Shown here piece after piece: positions 21,001 to 28,164 of a stretch of DNA of 40,595 nucleotides. The translations under genes were made by a program, and so were the position numbers. The notes beneath the pieces were generated by a model, which was given only the letters and a program-made list of their open reading frames with translations, was not told the DNA's origin and made no database searches. Position 1 is the stretch's first letter; each line of letters starts with the position of its first letter. Source of the stretch: an uncultured Flavobacteriales bacterium (GTDB lineage: Bacteria; Bacteroidota; Bacteroidia; Flavobacteriales; UBA7430); assembly GCA_963933205.1 (NCBI GenBank), contig CAWVTK010000001.1, positions 1 to 40,595 of the forward strand. Direction: 5' to 3'.

Positions 21001-24000
21001 CCAGGATGAAATAACCATCAATTTTACCGTTCGCTATGGATGTACAGATATTCAAGCTAAAAATTTCAGTGCTTCAGCTACCGTTCAAGACGGTTCTTGT
21101 TTCTATGGATCTTGTACAGACTCTGAAGCTTGTAATTACGATGCAACGGCAACAGAAGACGATGGAACATGTACTTATATAACCAACGAATGTCAGTCCT
21201 GTGAATTTGTTCACAATCATTTTGAACTTATTCAAAATGACGACGATTTAGATGGGATTTGTAATGAAGATGACATTGCAGGATGTACAAATGTGCTTGC
21301 CTGTAATTATGACCCTACAGCAACAGACGACGACAATTCATGTATTGAAACAGATCATTGCAGCGATTGTCTTTTAGCATCCAGTGGTTGGGCTATCGAT
21401 AACGATGCTGATGGTGATGGAATTTGTAACGATCAAGAAGTAGCCGGATGTACAGAGGCTGGTGCCTGTAACTTTGAATCTACAGCTACAGACAACGATC
21501 AATCGTGTATTTATAGCCTTGAAGGATACGACTGTGATGGTCTTTGTGAAGTAGGTTTGCCCTTAACTTTTGGTGGAGGATCTTGGATTACGGAAGCATC
21601 TTTCAATATTGTAGACTGCAACAATAATTCTCTCATAGCTTCTTCTGGTATTGCGCTAGAAACCTGCGTAGACCTGCCAGATAACTACACCATTTACTTA
21701 TTCGATTCGTATGGTGATGGATGGACTGACAATCAATTAATCATCGGAGATTCTATTTATGATTTATTTACTGGAGATTTAGATACACTCGATTACGGTT
21801 GCTTTGTTGATGGTTGCATCGACTCCTTAGCTTGTAATTATGATGTATCTTCTACCGTAAATGATGGGAGCTGTACCTATCCGGAAACTGGATTAAATTG
21901 TTTGGGTTCCTGTTTAGATCTCAATACAAATGAGGTTTGTGATTCTTTAGAAGTTGCCGGTTGTTTAAATGAATTGGCTTGTAACTTTGATGAAACTTCA
22001 GAAGAAGCCACTTTAAACGATGAAAGTTTATGTGAATATCCTGAAGGGGCATTAAATTGTGATGGAAACTGTGAAGATGGCCTTGTTTACACTTTAGAAA
22101 TGTTTGACTCTTATGGAGACGGCTGGAATGAAAACAGCATCAGTATCAACAACGATTTATACACACTAGAAAGCGGGAGTGAGGCTACTGTTAGTCTTTG
22201 TTTGGATTCTGCAACCTGTAATTCGATAACCTTTAATACAGGATGGTACCTTACCGAAGTGTCCTGGTCTATTAAGGATGAAGACAATGCTTATGTAGTA
22301 GATGCTTTAGATCAAACACTAAATAATCAAGGGGTTTACTTCTCAAGCAGCTTAGGTTCTCAATACGAAGGACTCGTTTACACAAGCTATTTTGGTGCTT
22401 GCGACCTAATTCAGGGTTGTACAAACGAAAATGCATTTAATTACAATGCTGAAGCAACGGAAGATGATGGTACTTGTCAATCTAACATCACTGGATGTAC
22501 GGACGACCAAGCTGACAACTATAATGAACTCGCTACTACAGATGATACATCCTGTAATTATTCTGGATGTTCGATTCAATTTGCCCTCAATTACAATCCT
22601 TCAGTAAACATAGAAGATGGTAGTTGTATTATCGCTGTTTATGGTTGTATGGATGCTCAGGCAGATAATTACAATCCATTAGCAAATAAAAGTAACGACG
22701 CTTGTTCTTATTCAGGCGAATGTCAATACGAACAACTTGTTGTATCCATGTACGATACTTATGGAGATGGTTGGAATGGAAATAGTTTATCTATCGGCTC
22801 TCAAACAGTTACACTTGAACACGATTCTGAAACCTTTACCACCTTCTATGGATCGGATACAGTATGTGTAGATTTAACGTATTGCAATACAGTAACCGTA
22901 AACGGAGGTGCTTGGCAAAATGAAATCTCATGGTCTATAGAAAGCCTCAGTTATGAAGCACTTCTTTATGGAGATGCTCCTTATTCGGATACGCTTGGTG
23001 CTTGTGATAATGGAATTGTTGGTTGCTCAGACATGGTGGCTAGTAACTACGATGCTAATGCAACTTCAGATGGAGATTGTACCTACGACAGTAATTGGGA
23101 TGATACAGAGAAATTGGGATGTAACGATCCCTTAGCAACAAACTACAACCCAGGCGCCGAAGCATTTAGCGCTGCAAGCTGTATTTATTACGGATGTACA
23201 AATATTTTTGCTTCTAATTACAGTACTAGCGCAACTATAGACGACGGCACTTGTCTGTCGGATAACTGTGGTATTGGCTTTGTAGAAGATTGTGACGGTT
23301 CAGGAGACTGCCATCCAATAAGTTGGTTGGGTGATGGAGAATTAGATTGTGCAGATCAACAATTTGGTGCAGATTTATCTTGTCATAATAACGATGGCGG
23401 CGACTGTGGTCCAATTGACGAATTTGTTCTTGGATGTACGAATCCTCTATCTTCTAACTACAATCCTTTAGCAACTCTAGATAATAACTCTTGTGATGGG
23501 GATATACCAGGTTGTATGAATGCAGTAGCTTGTAATTACAATCAAACAGCTAATACAGACGACAATTCTTGTGTATTTGCTCCAGAAGGAATGGATTGTG
23601 ATGGCTTAAGTGCTTATGAAATTAATCAATTTGGTCTTTTCTCTAACACAGACTATCTTATTAAAGAAGGCTTATGTGGATTAGAAAGCAACATTTTGGC
23701 TGCGAACGACTTTTATGTAACAGGCGTAGATTATGGTGAGATAACCACTCAGGACGGAATGTATTTCTCTTTTGAGCACGTGAGCTCCACTACAGAACAA
23801 TCTCCGATACTTTTTGGAGATACGGTTTACCTAAAAACAAACGATCTTTACTTGTCCTCTAACACAAATCTTGTTTCCTTAAATGCGGATCTTTCTAAGG
23901 CCATTAAAATTGTTGTTTCTCCTAAAATTGAAGCTTATTTACAAATACAGTTAACCAACTTTGATAAGTTTAATATTGTTGGTTTGTTTGGAGAAAATGA

Positions 24001-27000
24001 GACCCCTAACTATTTAGATAGAGGTACATCAAACGACCTGTACTATTGGACGGAAGCCTATAGCTTTGGTTCTTATAGAGCCTCTAATTATTTGGACTAT
24101 TCGGAAATTACTTGTGGTTGTACAAATCCTACAGCGTTAAATTACAATGCTCTGGCAACAGAAAACGACAACAGTTGTGCTATAGAAGGCTGTATGGATC
24201 CTTACAACGATTTATTCAATCCGATCGCAAACATATCCGGTTCTTGTGATCTTATAGTACCTGGTTGTGTTTACGATTGGGCTTATAATTTTGATGTTAG
24301 CGCCAATCTAGACGATAATTCATGTATTCCGTTCATTTTTGGATGTGTTAATGATAATTATTACGACAACGATACAACGGCAAATACGGACGATGGATCT
24401 TGTGAACTTTTAATTGTACCTGGCTGTACAGATTCGACCTTTATCGAATACTGGATATACTCGCCATCATTATTGTCTGTTACTTTACCTAATCAAATTT
24501 CAAATCTTGAAGACAGTACTTGTTTAACTCCAATCTTATTGGGTTGTACAAATACTAACTTTTTTGAATTCGATGCAAATACAAACGTAAAAGACGATTC
24601 CTTATGTATAACACCAAGATCATTTGGTTGTATAGATCCAATTTACTTGGAGTTTGACCCCTCGGCAAATACAACCAATGAAACCTGTGAAATTCTAAGA
24701 GTAGATGGCTGTACCGATTCACTTTATTTAGAGTTTGATACCCTAGCTAACTACAACGATGGATCTTGTACAACACTTATTGTTATAGGTTGTATGGACG
24801 ATGATTTTACGGAGTTCAACACAATCAACTCTGTATCTGATTCAAGTACTTGTATAACTCCAGTCGTATTTGGATGTATCGACGACATGTTTGTAGAATT
24901 TAGCGCCTTGGCAAATACAGACAACGGTACTTGCTACACCTATTTGGTAGTTGGTTGTGGAAATCCTTCCGCTTTGAACTATGTTTTAGGGGTAACAAAC
25001 AATGACAACTCCCTATGTGTCTTTGAGGAAACATACGGTTGTACCGATGTTCTTGCATTCAATTACGATGCTCTTGCAGACCTAGAGGACGGTACTTGTA
25101 TAGAAATCGTTTTAGGTTGTATGTATGAAGATGCATTCAATTTTGATGTAGAGGCCAATACAGACGATGGCTCCTGTGTTCTTGTCTATACAGGATGTTT
25201 AGATTCTACGATGTTCAATTACAACCCGATTGTAAATACAGACGATGGCTCTTGTTACCCAATTGTAGAAGGATGTATGGATCCAATCATGTTTAACTTC
25301 GACTCTTTGGCAAACACACATAACTATTCTTGTATTCCTGTTGTAGTAGGATGTATTTTAGCCGAGATGTTTAATTACGATGAAGAAGCGAACACCAGTG
25401 ATAACTCTTGTGTTCCAATAATTCTTGGATGTATGGATGATTTGTACGTTGAGTATAGCGACCAAGTAAATACGGACAATGCTACTTGTAGTATTATAGC
25501 GGTAGAAGGATGTACAGACATTACATACCTTGAGTACAACGAACTCTCAAATACCAACGATGGTTCTTGTGTTGTTTTGAAGATTAATGGTTGTACCGAC
25601 GAATTGTTTGTAGAATTTGATGCAACAGCAAACTTCGACAACGGCTCTTGTAATGTTCTTATGATTCTTGGATGTACGGATGCTACGATGCTTAATTTCG
25701 ACGAGAATGCCAACGTAGACGATGCGTCTTGCTATATGTTAGTAGAAGGTTGTATAGACTCAGCTTACTTTGAATACAATAGTTTGGCGAATTTTGACGA
25801 CCAAACGTGTTCGGTTCTTATTATTGAAGGCTGTATGGATGAAAATTATATTGAATACAATTCAGAAGCGAATCAAGACGATGATTCGTGTATCGATACG
25901 ATATTTTTTGGATGTTTGGATAACTTGTATGTAGAATACAATGCACAAGCAAATAGCACTGATAATTCATGTGAAGTACTGGTTGTTTTAGGTTGTACAG
26001 ACCCAACTATGTACAATTACTTTGAATTTGCAAATACGGACAACGGTTCTTGTTTCAGCTTATCTGACTTTACACTAAACCCTCAAGACTATCAATTCAA
26101 TATGTCAATAACAGCACAAATTGAGTATTCTCAAGGGCTGTTTTCAACCAATCTAAACGATTCGATTATTTTAATAAGTTCTGTTACTGGTCAAGTAAGC
26201 GGATTTGCGAATATGGAATTGGTTCCCTTCGGAGTAAACAGTTACTATGCCTTTATTACAGCATATTCAAACCATCTGTCCGACGAATTAATTGTTTACG
26301 TAACTTCTTCTTATCTCGAAAGCAATTCTGCAATTGTTGATACTTTGAATTTTATTCCTAACTCAATGCTTGGATCTATTTCCAGTCCATGGGTGTTCTC
26401 ATTAGACAATTCTTCTGGGAATTATGGATGTACGAATCCAAATGCATCAAATTACAATAGCGATGCCTTGATCAATGATGGCTCCTGTATAATTCTAGGT
26501 TGTTCAAATCCGAGTTTCATCGAATACAGTTCTGAAGTAACACATGACAATGGTTCTTGTAGCTCGAGCTGGCAGTCGGCTTACGATTCTCAATTAATTG
26601 AGATTAACGCCATAAACAACTCGCTTTTAGAAGCCAATTCGACCATATCCGATCTTGAAGATTCCTTGGTGAATACTCTAGAAAATGGAAATTCAAATCT
26701 AATTTTGATCGAGTCCTTACAATTGCAAATAATCAATTTAGAATATTCTGGTGGTACAGAATCTTCTTTAGTGGATTATTTCTTAGACCTCCCAGAAGGT
26801 TGGAGTTTCTTCGGATTCAACTGCTACGATTCTATCGATTTAAGTGTTGCATTTGATGGGATAGCTGATAAGGTTACTATTATAAAAGATCAATACGGAT
26901 CGATATTTCTTCCAGAATATAATTTTAATGGTATTGGAGATTTAGTTTATGCTGAAGGATACCAGATTAAAACAGTAGAAGAAATTACAGGATTCCAATT

Positions 27001-27028
27001 TTGTAAAGTATTAATTTCTGAGGAGTAA
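18020..27028 (+). CDS. Giant (3002 aa) secreted Cys-repeat protein: about 53 two-Cys repeats, 4-5 DSYGDGW modules, TSP3-like loops, one LNR-like unit, module B and a C-terminal module C. No recognisable T9SS sorting domain.
   Basis: An uninterrupted 9.0 kb frame starting 12 nt after the stop of the previous gene. Signal peptide MKTLNKFLISFLVLSMGIINSSIIKAQ. The repeats fit GC(T/M)Dxx(A)xN(Y/F)(N/D)xxAxxDDGSC. The protein ends in LPEGWSFFGFNCYDS...IIKDQYGSIFLPEYNFNGIGDLVYAEGYQIKTVEEITGFQFCKVLISEE. Confidence 0.93.
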   Translation: MKTLNKFLISFLVLSMGIINSSIIKAQDTDECGIVGGSGYFYSYIDSDGDGIGEGDPIESCTDLSLNFCGPLSFTLGNYPEEVSYTILDENGNEIESGSIDGKPELCLPFGNYTLQMVDSFGDGWDGNILMYNGNEYTLEESLSILEVPFMVSNTEDNTNMYVSLGGDSDLFGCTEPSASNYNAMAMEDDGSCEFGDSSFGCTELSASNYNAMATEDDGSCEFDEAKFGCTDSTASNYDALATEEDGSCDFESFIFGCTDSFASNYNAMATEEDGSCEFESFIFGCTDSFASNYNAMATEEDGSCEFEILIYGCTNPNATNYDLLATIDDGYCELNADFGCMEDWADNYNADATSQLPDEFQNDTILYSDVITGSTSEAYFYVDEYSNTLQIYGYNIASENNLIRTCIEGENPYDCFSAFQTMQSHSSMDTVLMSYPQEIVDCFSYNDFYSCENALEYYSLEMSEYLNILDADSTLIQNCLQGDGESCISAVSDLNDYATEVQNCFQYGYDCEIAVSDYSSQMADYFDYDSALIPTVSASVNILQDGTYSFSLFTTGNYDTQNTFDRNFENQGFYILNSDTTFFNLLEEFYTDTISASAGSVLTFGMSGLQMGEMSVEPLIQSINLGSPTCFKAGCMFDWADNFNESVTLDDGSCSKSGCTADWSDNFDPEATTDDGTCSRLGCMEDWADNFDALATIDNASCFIFGCMEEWADNYNPSATADITGDINLSNMNTAVYPISSDGSVEVTNNSFIINGINEGNGLSNGSSQSLTISIVNSGTYSFNWQHTDYDTDGAFYAVNFEASTLVDFYNNEEITVLASNGTGDYQTGGNAFSNTEVWNGTVEIYLSAGDNITFGVLGEDLCCGNGVLSVENFTLLETENGSCFKNGCTVSTSCNYDATATIDDGSCGTSLTLTSNQSEYYCSDFSWSLSTDNSELIEDGNCAESLEVCLSEGDYVLNANNSNDSEWWPSWTYVQISEIDSASTFNDSGTYDQDEITINFTVRYGCTDIQAKNFSASATVQDGSCFYGSCTDSEACNYDATATEDDGTCTYITNECQSCEFVHNHFELIQNDDDLDGICNEDDIAGCTNVLACNYDPTATDDDNSCIETDHCSDCLLASSGWAIDNDADGDGICNDQEVAGCTEAGACNFESTATDNDQSCIYSLEGYDCDGLCEVGLPLTFGGGSWITEASFNIVDCNNNSLIASSGIALETCVDLPDNYTIYLFDSYGDGWTDNQLIIGDSIYDLFTGDLDTLDYGCFVDGCIDSLACNYDVSSTVNDGSCTYPETGLNCLGSCLDLNTNEVCDSLEVAGCLNELACNFDETSEEATLNDESLCEYPEGALNCDGNCEDGLVYTLEMFDSYGDGWNENSISINNDLYTLESGSEATVSLCLDSATCNSITFNTGWYLTEVSWSIKDEDNAYVVDALDQTLNNQGVYFSSSLGSQYEGLVYTSYFGACDLIQGCTNENAFNYNAEATEDDGTCQSNITGCTDDQADNYNELATTDDTSCNYSGCSIQFALNYNPSVNIEDGSCIIAVYGCMDAQADNYNPLANKSNDACSYSGECQYEQLVVSMYDTYGDGWNGNSLSIGSQTVTLEHDSETFTTFYGSDTVCVDLTYCNTVTVNGGAWQNEISWSIESLSYEALLYGDAPYSDTLGACDNGIVGCSDMVASNYDANATSDGDCTYDSNWDDTEKLGCNDPLATNYNPGAEAFSAASCIYYGCTNIFASNYSTSATIDDGTCLSDNCGIGFVEDCDGSGDCHPISWLGDGELDCADQQFGADLSCHNNDGGDCGPIDEFVLGCTNPLSSNYNPLATLDNNSCDGDIPGCMNAVACNYNQTANTDDNSCVFAPEGMDCDGLSAYEINQFGLFSNTDYLIKEGLCGLESNILAANDFYVTGVDYGEITTQDGMYFSFEHVSSTTEQSPILFGDTVYLKTNDLYLSSNTNLVSLNADLSKAIKIVVSPKIEAYLQIQLTNFDKFNIVGLFGENETPNYLDRGTSNDLYYWTEAYSFGSYRASNYLDYSEITCGCTNPTALNYNALATENDNSCAIEGCMDPYNDLFNPIANISGSCDLIVPGCVYDWAYNFDVSANLDDNSCIPFIFGCVNDNYYDNDTTANTDDGSCELLIVPGCTDSTFIEYWIYSPSLLSVTLPNQISNLEDSTCLTPILLGCTNTNFFEFDANTNVKDDSLCITPRSFGCIDPIYLEFDPSANTTNETCEILRVDGCTDSLYLEFDTLANYNDGSCTTLIVIGCMDDDFTEFNTINSVSDSSTCITPVVFGCIDDMFVEFSALANTDNGTCYTYLVVGCGNPSALNYVLGVTNNDNSLCVFEETYGCTDVLAFNYDALADLEDGTCIEIVLGCMYEDAFNFDVEANTDDGSCVLVYTGCLDSTMFNYNPIVNTDDGSCYPIVEGCMDPIMFNFDSLANTHNYSCIPVVVGCILAEMFNYDEEANTSDNSCVPIILGCMDDLYVEYSDQVNTDNATCSIIAVEGCTDITYLEYNELSNTNDGSCVVLKINGCTDELFVEFDATANFDNGSCNVLMILGCTDATMLNFDENANVDDASCYMLVEGCIDSAYFEYNSLANFDDQTCSVLIIEGCMDENYIEYNSEANQDDDSCIDTIFFGCLDNLYVEYNAQANSTDNSCEVLVVLGCTDPTMYNYFEFANTDNGSCFSLSDFTLNPQDYQFNMSITAQIEYSQGLFSTNLNDSIILISSVTGQVSGFANMELVPFGVNSYYAFITAYSNHLSDELIVYVTSSYLESNSAIVDTLNFIPNSMLGSISSPWVFSLDNSSGNYGCTNPNASNYNSDALINDGSCIILGCSNPSFIEYSSEVTHDNGSCSSSWQSAYDSQLIEINAINNSLLEANSTISDLEDSLVNTLENGNSNLILIESLQLQIINLEYSGGTESSLVDYFLDLPEGWSFFGFNCYDSIDLSVAFDGIADKVTIIKDQYGSIFLPEYNFNGIGDLVYAEGYQIKTVEEITGFQFCKVLISEE
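18536..18955 (+). repeat. Five in-frame tandem 84-bp (28 aa) repeats; the last two are nearly identical
   Basis: Units start at 18536, 18620, 18704, 18788 and 18872 (GCTEPSASNYNAMAMEDDGSCEFGDSSF and so on). By my alignment, units 4 and 5 differ at 1 of the first 69 nt and at 6 of 84 nt overall. Unit 3 shares its 3-prime tail (gaatctttcatcttt) with unit 4. Degenerate units continue to about 19090. Confidence 0.9.
19922..20185 (+). repeat. In-frame tandem 72-bp (24 aa) DW-type variant of the two-Cys repeat: 3 full units plus 1 truncated
   Basis: GCMFDWADNFNESVTLDDGSCSKS / GCTADWSDNFDPEATTDDGTCSRL / GCMEDWADNFDALATIDNASCFIF / GCMEEWADNYNPSATAD.... Units start at 19922, 19994, 20066 and 20138. 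Confidence 0.85.
23267..23409 (+). other. LNR (Lin-12/Notch repeat)-like Cys/Asp knot
   Basis: CGIGFVEDCDGSGDCHPISWLGDGELDCADQQFGADLSCHNNDGGDCG. Compare my recollection of the LNR consensus, C...C...(F/W).(N/D)G.CD..C....C.(W/F)DGGDC. Confidence 0.5.
24116..26053 (+). repeat. Uninterrupted array of 24 two-Cys repeats (mean about 27 aa), mostly the E(F/Y)-type variant
   Basis: Hand count from GCTNPTALNYNALATENDNSC to GCTDPTMYNYFEFANTDNGSC gives 646 aa in 24 units. A typical unit is GCTDSLYLEFDTLANYNDGSCTTLIVI. The units have diverged at the DNA level, so this is not a recent expansion. Confidence 0.85.
26789..27004 (+). other. Module C (GW..FG..NFNGIGDL..GYQIK), C-terminal copy
   Basis: LPEGWSFFGFNCYDSIDLSVAFDGIADKVTIIKDQYGSIFLPEYNFNGIGDLVYAEGYQIKTVEEITGFQFC. 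It is preceded by a short helical, heptad-like linker (SSWQSAYDSQLIEINAINNSLLEANSTISDLEDSL...). Confidence 0.7.
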
Positions 27029-27057
27029 TGCTCCTCAGAAATTAGCATTCTTTTTTT
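27013..27057 (+). terminator. Strong hairpin overlapping the stop codon of the 3002-aa gene; probable terminator or attenuator
   Basis: AATTTCTGAGGAG (27013-27025) and CTCCTCAGAAATT (27031-27043) form a perfect 13-bp stem. The 5-nt loop TAATG contains the TAA stop (27026-27028). A T7 run lies at 27051-27057, 7 nt after the stem. Confidence 0.6.
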
Positions 27058-27082
27058 ATGAATTTAGTATACTGCATAAATA

Positions 27083-28087
27083 TTGACCTATTATAACAAC
27101 ATACTGTTGCTGATATTTGTTCTCCCAATGCTTCTTAATGGACAAGAAGTAAATTGGGAGACATCGCCGAATGATTTCGAACATTCTATGTCAATCACCT
27201 GCGTTGTTGTCAATCAAGAAGCTGAATATACATTGGATGATATTTTAATAGGTGTTTTCGATTCTGAACAAACTTGCGTTGGTTCAGGTTCTACAAATAC
27301 TTATTTCCCACCCATTTCCGCAAACTTAGGCTTTATTACAATTTTTGGCAATCAGTTTCAAGATACCTACACACTAAAGGTACTTATTGATGAGGTAGTA
27401 TACCAAGCAGGGAGTTTGTCGTTCGAAGCAAATGGTATTTTAGGTACTTTTGATGATCCGTTTATTATTACACCCTATTTTGCCGGCTGTACAAATGAGC
27501 TAGCTTTAAATTACAATTCAGCAGCATTAGATGACGATGGGACTTGTGTTTTAATATACGAAGGCTGTACAGATCCAGATGCTTTTAATTATGAACTCAA
27601 TGCAAATACCAACGACGGTTCTTGTATTCCTAAATACTTTGGTTGCTACTCGAGTAATTTTTTAGAATTTAATGAACTCGCTAACTATGGTACTCAAGAA
27701 GAATATTGTTTTACCGAAATTATTTACGGCTGTGTAAACGATTGTTTTGTCGAATACGATTCTTTAGCAAATAGTGATAATGGAAGCTGTGCAACCTCAT
27801 GGAAAGCAGCCTATTTGGACGCTGTTAATTACACTCAAGAAGTAAATGTAATTATCCAAATTGATTTAGTTGAAAGCTGGAACATAATTGGTTTTACAAA
27901 ACCTGAAGCGACAGATGCAGCATTGGCTTTTGAATGCATACTAGAAAAAATAATTGTAGTTAAAAACAACACAGGCGAAGTTTTTTTACCGTCCTATAAT
28001 TTTAATGGTATCGGAAATCTTATGCCTGGAATGGGCTATCAAATTAAAATAACAGACTCGGTTAGTAGTTTTAGTTTTTGTGATTGA
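27083..28087 (+). CDS. Secreted 334-aa family member with the order module B, four two-Cys repeats, linker, module C
   Basis: TTG start giving the signal-like MTYYNNILLLIFVLPMLLNGQ. B-like segment HSMSITCVVVNQ..ILIGVFDSEQTCVGSG..FITIFGNQFQDTYTLKVL. Repeats GCTNELALNYNSAALDDDGTC, GCTDPDAFNYELNANTNDGSC, GCYSSNFLEFNELANYG..YC and GCVNDCFVEYDSLANSDNGSC. Linker TSWKAAYLDAV. Module C is VESWNIIGFTKP...VVKNNTGEVFLPSYNFNGIGNLMPGMGYQIKITDSVSSFSFCD. The order matches the last roughly 310 aa of the upstream giant protein. Confidence 0.8.
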   Translation: MTYYNNILLLIFVLPMLLNGQEVNWETSPNDFEHSMSITCVVVNQEAEYTLDDILIGVFDSEQTCVGSGSTNTYFPPISANLGFITIFGNQFQDTYTLKVLIDEVVYQAGSLSFEANGILGTFDDPFIITPYFAGCTNELALNYNSAALDDDGTCVLIYEGCTDPDAFNYELNANTNDGSCIPKYFGCYSSNFLEFNELANYGTQEEYCFTEIIYGCVNDCFVEYDSLANSDNGSCATSWKAAYLDAVNYTQEVNVIIQIDLVESWNIIGFTKPEATDAALAFECILEKIIVVKNNTGEVFLPSYNFNGIGNLMPGMGYQIKITDSVSSFSFCD

Positions 28088-28164
28088 TGAATTTTATTTT
28101 AGTATTAAAATTAGTACTTTTGGTTAATATTTATTTTTTTGTAGAATTAAACCCCCTTCACCAG

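Noticed and set aside
21190-21440. Dockerin modules (cellulosome-type) from the DxDxDG loops
   Set aside because: The loops are about 50 aa apart, flanked by Cys, and lack the paired EF-hand helix pattern of type-I/II dockerins. TSP3-like is the safer description.
24116-26053. Regular periodicity of about 81 bp that could superficially suggest a CRISPR-like or other non-coding array
   Set aside because: The period is in frame and encodes the two-Cys protein repeat. The units diverge throughout rather than alternating conserved repeats with unique spacers. No cas genes or leader are present.
6110-27028. Reading the two giant genes as Rhs/YD, CDI or other polymorphic-toxin loci, with 27083-28087 as an orphan C-terminal cassette
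   Set aside because: There are no YD/RHS or filamentous haemagglutinin repeats, no recognisable toxin domain and no small immunity-like gene. The downstream tail copy has its own signal peptide and is only distantly similar, which points to an old paralogue rather than a recombination cassette.
28084-28164. Upstream TTG/ATG start for the FAS1 protein (track ORF start), overlapping the stop of 27083-28087
   Set aside because: The extension (MMNFILVLKLVLLVNIYFFVELNPLHQ) would bury the canonical signal peptide that begins at 28165. In addition, 28165 has the CCCCC-N8 context seen at other starts. It remains a possible alternative start.
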